Source: Arenicellales bacterium | Lineage (GTDB): Bacteria; Pseudomonadota; Gammaproteobacteria; Arenicellales; JAJDZL01 | Length of the DNA: 64,000 nt | Direction: 5' to 3' | NCBI GenBank assembly: GCA_965243305.1 | Contig: CBDEUN010000003.1 | Coordinates: 768,465 to 832,464 of the forward strand | Shown: in pieces, positions 57,768 to 64,000 of the stretch | Position numbering within the stretch: the stretch's first letter is position 1 | Layout: each line of letters opens with the position of its first letter | The notes under the pieces: generated by a model | Told to the model about the DNA's origin: nothing | Seen by the model: the letters and a program-made list of their open reading frames with translations, nothing else | The model's database searches: none | Program-made: the position numbers and the translations under genes

Positions 57768-58664
57768 TTGAAAAAATTTGCCACCCTTGAGTCAACCCAG
57801 TACCCAAAGACGGCATCCCCGCAAGAAACGCACACCCTTTCCCCGCCGAGGATAAAGGGTCAAACAACCGATCAGTCGTTTCTTGTCGTCGAAAAGCTGT
57901 GTTATGAATCAGCAAGCGGCACCGCACTGGTACAAGACGTGTCCTTCAGTGTGGATGAGGGAACTATTCTTGCCATCGCCGGCCCGAACGGTGCCGGGAA
58001 AACCACTCTGCTTCGACTTTTGAGTGGCTCTGAAGCGCCGACAGGCGGTGATGTACTGATCAACGGACGCAATCTAAAACACCTTTCCGCCACGGAGCGC
58101 GCCCGCATAATTGCCGTAGTCAGCCAGCAAGAACTACCCGATGGACGACTTTTCCTGCGCGATTACGTGGCCCTCGGGCAAATCCCAATACTGGCGGACC
58201 GGTCAAACCAGGTGCATGCGGAAGACTTGCAACGAATTCTGTACCTCACAAGTCTCACTGACTTGGCCGAAAAGCGGATGGCCGTGCTGTCGGGTGGCGA
58301 ACGCCAGCGAGCGCATATCGCACGGGCCTTGGCACAGAACCCGTCGCTTCTATTTCTGGATGAACCCACCAATCACCTCGACCCGGATGCCAAGGGTCGT
58401 ATGCTTTCACTGGTTACTGAACTGGGAATCACGGTGGTAATGGTTGTCCACGATCTGGTAATGATCCCCGAATTTGCCAGCCATGTCGCCCTGATGAACG
58501 CGACCCGGATAACCGGAGTAGGTCCCGTCAACGAGGTACTGACCCCCGACTGTGTACAAGAAATTTTCGGTGTCACCTACCTGCACTTTGCACATCGAGG
58601 TCGCCTGGTTCCCGCGCTAGATATCCGCAGAAATGTAATCTCAAAGGAAAGGAGAAATCTATGA
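57768..58664 (+). CDS. ABC transporter ATP-binding protein (FecE/BtuD family), third importer
   Basis: [41 protein letters not shown] start with a long N-terminal extension, so the start is uncertain. Confidence 0.7.
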   Translation: MKKFATLESTQYPKTASPQETHTLSPPRIKGQTTDQSFLVVEKLCYESASGTALVQDVSFSVDEGTILAIAGPNGAGKTTLLRLLSGSEAPTGGDVLINGRNLKHLSATERARIIAVVSQQELPDGRLFLRDYVALGQIPILADRSNQVHAEDLQRILYLTSLTDLAEKRMAVLSGGERQRAHIARALAQNPSLLFLDEPTNHLDPDAKGRMLSLVTELGITVVMVVHDLVMIPEFASHVALMNATRITGVGPVNEVLTPDCVQEIFGVTYLHFAHRGRLVPALDIRRNVISKERRNL

Positions 58665-59620
58665 AAAATACTATGATCCGATACCTCTTTCTGGTATGTG
58701 TGTTTACCGTCTTTGATAGCGCCGCTGTCGCTGACATCACTGTCGACAATTGCGGTGAGCCGCTGACCTTCAATACCACGCCTGAGCGGATTGTGGTGCA
58801 CGACATGAACATGACGGACATGGCCTTCGCACTAGAACTTCAGGGCAATATAGTCGGGTTGACAGGCATTACTGGCTGGTACAAAACCAGTCCTGAATTC
58901 GATTATCTGCGCGGCGACATACCTGAGCTGGCACCGAAGTATCCAACCATCGAAAATCTGATTTCAGCGGATCCGGATCTGTTCTTTGCTGGATGGTACT
59001 ATGGTATGCGCCCTGGCGGCGATGTCACACCCGATACACTCGCGGAATTTGGTATCAAGACCATGATTCTGACCGAAAGCTGCGTACACCTCGACAAGAA
59101 CCGCCCCGTAGCCAGCATGAACCTGCTGTTTGACGACGTTTTGCGTCTTGGTAAAGTCATGAATGTTGAAGACCGGGCCAAAATGCTCGTGGCTGGCTGG
59201 AAAGCAGAACTCGCTGCTATTGAAACGCGGACTGCTGACCTGGAAAGCCTGCGCGTCTTCCTGTTAGACGGCCCCGCCGATGCGCCTTTTACCGCTGGCA
59301 AGTTTGCCATTCCCGATGCAATGATCTCGGCTGCGGGCGGTGAGAATGTCACTCATGATCTTAATATAAGCTGGGGTCGAACTTCATGGGAGAAGGTAGC
59401 CGCGGCCAATCCTCAGTTCCTGGTACTGCTCGACTATCAGACAGGAAACGGCGCGGCAGATACTTTCAAGTTCCTGCAAGAGCACCCAGTGATGTCTCAA
59501 ATCGACGCGGTGAAGAACCAACGCTGGGTCGGCTTAAGATACGAAGAATTGACGCCCGGTCCGGCAAACATCCGCGCCATCGTAAAAATGGCGCAAGCAA
59601 TGCATCCAGAATTGAACTGA
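58661..59620 (+). CDS. Periplasmic binding protein (Peripla_BP_2 family), third importer
   Basis: 319 aa with a signal peptide. ...PERIVVHDMNMTDMAFALELQGNIVG...DPDLFFAGWYYG... Coupled to the flanking ABC genes. Confidence 0.65.
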   Translation: MKNTMIRYLFLVCVFTVFDSAAVADITVDNCGEPLTFNTTPERIVVHDMNMTDMAFALELQGNIVGLTGITGWYKTSPEFDYLRGDIPELAPKYPTIENLISADPDLFFAGWYYGMRPGGDVTPDTLAEFGIKTMILTESCVHLDKNRPVASMNLLFDDVLRLGKVMNVEDRAKMLVAGWKAELAAIETRTADLESLRVFLLDGPADAPFTAGKFAIPDAMISAAGGENVTHDLNISWGRTSWEKVAAANPQFLVLLDYQTGNGAADTFKFLQEHPVMSQIDAVKNQRWVGLRYEELTPGPANIRAIVKMAQAMHPELN

Positions 59621-59621
59621 C

Positions 59622-60635
59622 TTGACCCGATTGGATTTAGCTAATTTCACGGGGTTGGTTGTTCTAACCGCCCTTTTGCTGGTGTCGACACTTTATGGCA
59701 CAACGCAGATTCCGCTATCCGACATTGCCGAGGCGGTTGCATTGAACAGTGGGTTCGTTGAGGGCGACATGTCTCCATTGCATCGGATCGTGTTCGATCT
59801 GCGCTTGCCACGTGCGTTATTTGCAGCTGCGATTGGTGCCGGATTGGGCATCGTCGGTGTGGTATTGCAGACAACCACACACAATGATCTGGCCGATCCG
59901 TTTCTGTTCGGGTTGTCATCGGGCGCGGCTGCAGGTGCTGTTTTTGTCATCACTGTGACAGGTGATATTCTGGGCATCTGGACGCTTCCGCTGGCGGCGT
60001 TCTGTGGTGGCCTCGTCGCCTCAGGTATTGTTCTGGCGCTTGTCCACGGTCTGCACACCAGTGCGCCAGAAAAGCTGATCCTTGCCGGATTGGCAGTGTC
60101 TTTCCTCTTCGAGGCAGTCGTCAACTATCTCATTTTTGCAGGCGACAGCCGTGCTGCGCATTCGGTGATTTTCTGGATGTTGGGTGGCCTCGGTCTGGCC
60201 CGATGGGAGACTTTCCCGTTGGTCTGTATTGGGCTGGTTCTAATCTTGGCCTATTCCCTTTTTCGTAGCCGATGGCTGGATGCGCTATTGACCGGGGATG
60301 TCACAGCATCGACCCTTGGTGTGCCTGTGAAGCGCTTGCGGTTCAGCATGTTCTTCGTGGCCGCATTGGCCACGGCTGTTTTTGTGTGTGTCGCTGGTGT
60401 GATCGGCTTTGTGGGCTTGATGGTACCGCATCTAGCGCGCGGAATTGCAGGGCCGTTGCACCGTCATCTTCTGCCAACGGCAGCCATTGTGGGTGCTGTT
60501 TTGCTCACCGTCTCGGATTTACTGTCCAGGCTTCTTCTTGCACCGCAAGAATTGCCGGTGGGGATCGTGACCACATCCATCGGCTCTGTGTTTGTATTCC
60601 TGTTGCTGCTCAGAACACGGAAATTACAACGATAG
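59622..60635 (+). CDS. FecCD-family ABC transporter permease, third importer
   Basis: 337 aa. LRLPRALFAAAIGAGLGIVGVVLQTTTHNDLADPFLFGLSSGA...GVIGFVGLMVPHLARGI...PVGIVTTSIGSVF. Confidence 0.8.
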   Translation: MTRLDLANFTGLVVLTALLLVSTLYGTTQIPLSDIAEAVALNSGFVEGDMSPLHRIVFDLRLPRALFAAAIGAGLGIVGVVLQTTTHNDLADPFLFGLSSGAAAGAVFVITVTGDILGIWTLPLAAFCGGLVASGIVLALVHGLHTSAPEKLILAGLAVSFLFEAVVNYLIFAGDSRAAHSVIFWMLGGLGLARWETFPLVCIGLVLILAYSLFRSRWLDALLTGDVTASTLGVPVKRLRFSMFFVAALATAVFVCVAGVIGFVGLMVPHLARGIAGPLHRHLLPTAAIVGAVLLTVSDLLSRLLLAPQELPVGIVTTSIGSVFVFLLLLRTRKLQR

Positions 60636-60904
60636 CGGTGCTAAAGATTGGGGCGGTATAAACTTAACTTACCCATTGAAATTTTTGTAAATCAAAAAAT
60701 GAATTAGAAACATATTTCGTACGAGTCTATCGATTTAGTTCAAGCTTAGGTCTACCGCAAGAGCGCACCGGCAAGCGATCACACGGACGTAATTGTTTGA
60801 GATGTTCACGGACGAATCGACTGTAAGAATGTGGATTGAGTCAATGATCTGAGAAGATGCGGCGGCAAATTATGCTATGCAACTGAGACGGGGCCCGAGC
60901 AGGT

Positions 60905-61164
60905 TCTCTCGCTGGTGCTGTCTTTGGCAGCATGAACCGGTTCTTGGACGGGGGTGTTCATTCCAATCACTGAATGATCTCCGTACCGCAGGGATTCGCA
61001 CGGATGAATTTCGGCGCTATATCGTATCAGAGCGGATTACTTAGGCCAGAGCCGCTGAAGGGGGTCAAATCGCCAACAAATTCGCTGCAATCCTGGATAA
61101 TGGACCGTATCGGTAACCAAAGTCCACCATACAGAAAATCGGAACAAGGCTCCAACGTAAATAC
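60905..61164 (-). promoter_or_regulatory. Riboswitch-like structured RNA, copy 1 (cobalamin-riboswitch-like), with no gene downstream
   Basis: The 164-nt block 61001-61164 differs from 62630-62793 at 27 positions by hand alignment. The minus strand carries GGATTGCAGCGAATTTGTTGG...GACCCCCTTCAGCGG...TCAGTGATTGGAATGA...CCCCCGTCCAAGAACCGGTTCATGCTGCC, reminiscent of the E. coli btuB element (GGGAATCCAGTGCGAATCTGG / GACGCGCAGCGG / CACTG..GGGAAG / CCCCTCCAAGCCCGAAGACCTGCC). Confidence 0.4.
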
Positions 61165-61418
61165 ATTGATCCGTGGATGGATCGGTACGCAAGTTATCGC
61201 CGGAACGGCACCAATCAATCGATCGAAGGTTGATTGCGCGGGGAACTCCCAAAACTGTTCGATATTAAGCGCTAGACAGCCGCAGTGGCGTTCATTCCGC
61301 AAACTACCACCTGTCAGAGCATTTTGACAAATCAATTAACGTGAGAAACGCTTAGGCAATAATTGCTCACGCCTGCGTGCCAAGAGTTCGTTTTCAGTAG
61401 TTGCCGATAATGTGCCGG

Positions 61419-62168
61419 TTATGCAGAAGCATACCGCTCCGCATCTTCTACGCTCTGGTTGATACGAACACAGAACCAGGTAACTAGCGAACCCAGCGTC
61501 ACCCAGAACACGGCATTCGCGATGGCGGTGGCATAGACAAACTGGCCAGCAAGCGCTTCGAGTGCCTTTGCCGCTTCCGGGCTTTGGTCAAGAAACATGG
61601 GGCCTTCCGGATGCGGTGCGCCAATAAGATACGGGACCACGATGATCAACGGGGCGATCCATCGCCAGGGTGCAGGGGCGAAAGCAAGTCCTCCAACCCC
61701 AACTATCGCACAGACCACGCAGATCACCCACCAGACCTGGCGGTCCTGGAGTTCGGCGGCATTCTGCAGCGGAATTTCCGGCGGCAGGCCAAGTGCGGGG
61801 GCCAGCCAGAACACGGCGTATCCCGCCAAGCTCCAGCCAACAGCCCTCTTCCAGGTAAAGCGTAATAGTCTTTCACCCGACCAGATTTGCGTCACCAGCA
61901 TCGCGGACAGCATCACCAGAGCGAATCCAATTGCAGTCAGCGCATTGGATAATGCGGTGAATGCGGTTCGCTCGAATCCGTCCTCTGGGCCCCAGTGCAC
62001 ATGGTCATGGCCGTCATCTCCTGCCGATGCAACATCTATCGATGCGCTTTCGAATGCTTCCGCTCCAAAGATGATCGGTACGACCTGTAGGCGCTGTACT
62101 GCTGTCAGAATAATGCCAGCTACAATCCCAGCGAGAAGGGAATAATAGAATACTCTCGTGAAAATCAT
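61419..62168 (-). CDS. cbtA: Cobalt transporter subunit CbtA
   Basis: 249 aa. ...GHDHVHWGPEDGFERTAFTALSNALTAIGFAL...WLAPALGLPPEIP...PYLIGAPHPE... is the typical CbtA pattern. Confidence 0.8.
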   Translation of the reverse strand: MIFTRVFYYSLLAGIVAGIILTAVQRLQVVPIIFGAEAFESASIDVASAGDDGHDHVHWGPEDGFERTAFTALSNALTAIGFALVMLSAMLVTQIWSGERLLRFTWKRAVGWSLAGYAVFWLAPALGLPPEIPLQNAAELQDRQVWWVICVVCAIVGVGGLAFAPAPWRWIAPLIIVVPYLIGAPHPEGPMFLDQSPEAAKALEALAGQFVYATAIANAVFWVTLGSLVTWFCVRINQSVEDAERYASA

Positions 62169-62193
62169 GTCATCAATCTGAAATCAGTGGCAA

Positions 62194-62379
62194 TCAATGG
62201 CAGGGGAAGCCCTGTGAATGACGGGTGTCGTGCGCAGCATTGTGCGCAGCATCCATATTCGCGAATCCCGCACCATAGATGATCACTACACCCAGAAAGA
62301 GCGCCGCAAGCAGCTGTGTCAGCAGGCGGAAACCGGTTTTGGGCAGGCTAATTGCCTTGGTTGTTGCTGAATTGCTAAT
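62194..62379 (-). CDS. cbtB: Cobalt transporter subunit CbtB (start codon uncertain, probably ATT)
   Basis: Not in the ORF track. The minus frame ends ...GAGFANMDAAHNAAHDTRHSQGFPCH*, the hallmark CbtB C-terminus. One TM helix (LLTQLLAALFLGVVIIYGAGF). The SD AAGGAG lies 7 nt upstream of ATT 62379. There is no ATG, GTG or TTG in frame between the upstream TGA and the TM helix. Confidence 0.65.
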   Translation of the reverse strand: MSNSATTKAISLPKTGFRLLTQLLAALFLGVVIIYGAGFANMDAAHNAAHDTRHSQGFPCH

Positions 62380-62504
62380 TTTGCTTCTCCTTGTTTTAAC
62401 TCATCGGAATTTGCATCGTCTCGCATACGTAGTGCGAAACCAATAGTATATTGCAGTACCGAGCGAGGCAATTTCGAAAGTTCTAATGTATTGAAGTTAC
62501 GCGT

Positions 62505-62793
62505 CAAAGCCGGCATCCGAAAAGCTCGTTTACCCCAAGAAACTACTTCCAAACGGCCTCCAATTTACTGTTTGGGGTCAAAATCGCGAATTTCCATCCC
62601 CATTTCCAGAGTCCTCCCCGTGAGACGCTCGGGTGAATTTCAGCGCCATATCGTATCAGAGTGGATAACTTGGACGGGAGTTGGTGAAAGGGTTCGAACC
62701 GCCAACAAATTCGCTGGAATCCCGGGTGATGAACTTTATCGGTAACCAAAGCCCACCATACAGAATATCGGAACAAGACTCCAACGCAAATAC
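62505..62793 (-). promoter_or_regulatory. Riboswitch-like structured RNA, copy 2, in the cbtB-cbtA leader (probable cobalamin riboswitch)
   Basis: It shares the 164-nt block with copy 1. Downstream on the minus strand are ACTCTGGAAATGGGGATGG and ...TTTTCGGATGCCGGC (B12-box-like). It sits upstream of cbtAB, an operon that is classically controlled by a B12 element. Confidence 0.5.
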
Positions 62794-62987
62794 CTCTTTG
62801 AATTCATAAATTCATCAATACATTAACTTATGGTTAATTTAATTTGATTCGAGATGGCAGTTAAATTTGTCGCTCCGATCTGACGATTTTGGTGAAACAC
62901 GCAAATCAAACAGCGATTCACCGAATGATTAGAGAATCTGCACCAGCGAAATATCCTCTCAAATCCCGAATCCGGATTTAGGACAGA

Positions 62988-63761
62988 TTGATGCTACTTG
63001 AACTGAAACACTGTCTCAGTATAATTCGAATCAGCAATGGTTCCCTTGATTGGGAAGCGATAAGGAACAAGGTCAGGCAAACTGCTGATTCCTTGGCTGC
63101 CCCCGCAACTGTATGCGGAGAGCAACTGCTCACTGAAGCCACTGGGAAACTGGGAAGGCAGAGCACAAGCATCGACCCGCAAGCCAGGAAACCTGCCATT
63201 GCCAGCGTTACCCAACCACCGAACGGGGTGTTCTGGTGGGGCGGATACCCGTTTTCGGTGGCGCGCCAGTTTGTGTTAACTGCAAAAGGGCACCGAAATA
63301 TGGGACTCCTTTCCGAATTCAACATCGTAATAACTGTCAGTCAACCTACTGGGTTCAAGGTGAATGTTCGCGCTGAACCTATGGTTTACCGCTTTTGCGA
63401 TCACTCTTCAGCTATCACAGAGAGACGATCCAATGTCCTATTTCTATCAAGTGTTTTATCGCATTTGGCCAGAATAGTCATCGGGGTTGTAACCGACCTT
63501 GGTTTAACACTAACCTGCCTTTCAATCCCAATCCGGAACGAGTCCTCTGAATCTCAGAAAGTCAATATACAGTCCAAATCTTCCACCTCCGTTCCAACAA
63601 ATCAGAAGATCGTAGCTTCGACTAATCAGGATTTCATTCTTATCGAAGATGATGCGGAAACAGTGCTGGCTGCTAAAAATCTGAAGCAGTTTTATGGAAG
63701 CGAGGCGCGTTTGGGGAAGTTCAACGATGAACTTTTTGTGATTCCTGGAATCAGGGTATGA
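62988..63761 (+). CDS. Hypothetical protein
   Basis: 257-aa ORF (TTG 62988 or ATG 62991) with no motif I recognise. Its stop overlaps the start of the next gene (ATGA-type coupling), which supports it being real. Confidence 0.35.
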   Translation: MMLLELKHCLSIIRISNGSLDWEAIRNKVRQTADSLAAPATVCGEQLLTEATGKLGRQSTSIDPQARKPAIASVTQPPNGVFWWGGYPFSVARQFVLTAKGHRNMGLLSEFNIVITVSQPTGFKVNVRAEPMVYRFCDHSSAITERRSNVLFLSSVLSHLARIVIGVVTDLGLTLTCLSIPIRNESSESQKVNIQSKSSTSVPTNQKIVASTNQDFILIEDDAETVLAAKNLKQFYGSEARLGKFNDELFVIPGIRV

Positions 63762-64000
63762 AACACGTGCAGAACAAACGTACCCAACGACTACTGCTAT
63801 GCGTACTGCTGTCTTTAGTGGTACACGTCGGACTTGCGGCATCTTTCGTATCAGTCATTCAACCGAAGTCGGTGCATTTGGAAATTGTCAATCCAATTCA
63901 GGTATCTCTGGTTCAAGACGTTTCCGATGCAATCGGAACGACAGTAAGTCAATCAATTGAGTCTAATCAAAATCAATTTCCATATACAGGGACTCAACGT
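63758..64000 (+). CDS. TonB-like energy transducer, N-terminal fragment (runs off the right edge)
   Basis: Stop-free from ATG 63758 to the window end. MKHVQNKRTQRLLLCVLLSLVVHVGLAASF has the TonB-type N-terminal anchor with the S-x3-H motif. Confidence 0.4.
   Translation, partial: MKHVQNKRTQRLLLCVLLSLVVHVGLAASFVSVIQPKSVHLEIVNPIQVSLVQDVSDAIGTTVSQSIESNQNQFPYTGTQR

Noticed and set aside
60790-60935. A possible N-terminal fragment of an IS1595/ISXO2-like transposase (MFTDESTVRMWIESMI..RRCGGKLCYATETG)
   Set aside because: It is very short, needs a frameshift, has a poor zinc-ribbon spacing, and overlaps the 3' part of the riboswitch-like copy 1. It is not supportable by eye.

Overview
The window looks like a low-GC gammaproteobacterial chromosome, judged from the dsbD / aroQ-accB-accC-prmA gene order. 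It has four blocks.

(1) 1-13.1 kb is a type II-C CRISPR-Cas9 locus that has been heavily damaged by mobile elements. In order it holds:
- a partial MFS transporter gene and a decayed DUF433/DUF5615 toxin-antitoxin pair;
- a 231-nt stub of a group IIC intron sitting directly behind a terminator;
- a candidate tracrRNA on the minus strand;
- a 1337-bp IS4-family element with a 9-bp target-site duplication (TSD);
- cas9, with RuvC and HNH motifs intact but one in-frame TAA, followed by cas1 and cas2;
- a 46-repeat array (36-nt repeat, 30-31-nt spacers) whose 39th spacer is split cleanly by a 1758-bp IS1380-family element.

(2) 13.1-31.9 kb is housekeeping: prmA, accC, accB, aroQ, a TlpA-like thioredoxin, an unusual DsbD, a Fur-box-controlled Fe(III) ABC operon split by a second near-identical IS1380 copy, an alpha/beta hydrolase, fxsA, an ABC/FtsX/AttH-like set and a desaturase.

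(3) 31.9-43.6 kb is one minus-strand B12 salvage and uptake operon behind a cobalamin riboswitch: btuB-cobO-btuC-btuD-cobU-cobT-cobC-cobS-cbiB-btuF-cobQ.

(4) 43.8-62.8 kb is a visibly more GC-rich cobalt/cobalamin module. It holds:
- a cobQ pseudogene at the junction with block 3;
- a second cobO, a second BtuFCD-type importer, cobW and cobN;
- a ChlI/ChlD-like chelatase gene split at an A10 run;
- a Zur-box COG0523 gene and a third FecCD-type importer;
- cbtA-cbtB, flanked by two diverged copies of a riboswitch-like structured RNA.

No rRNA or tRNA genes were seen. All calls come from reading the sequence and ORF translations by hand. No database search was run.
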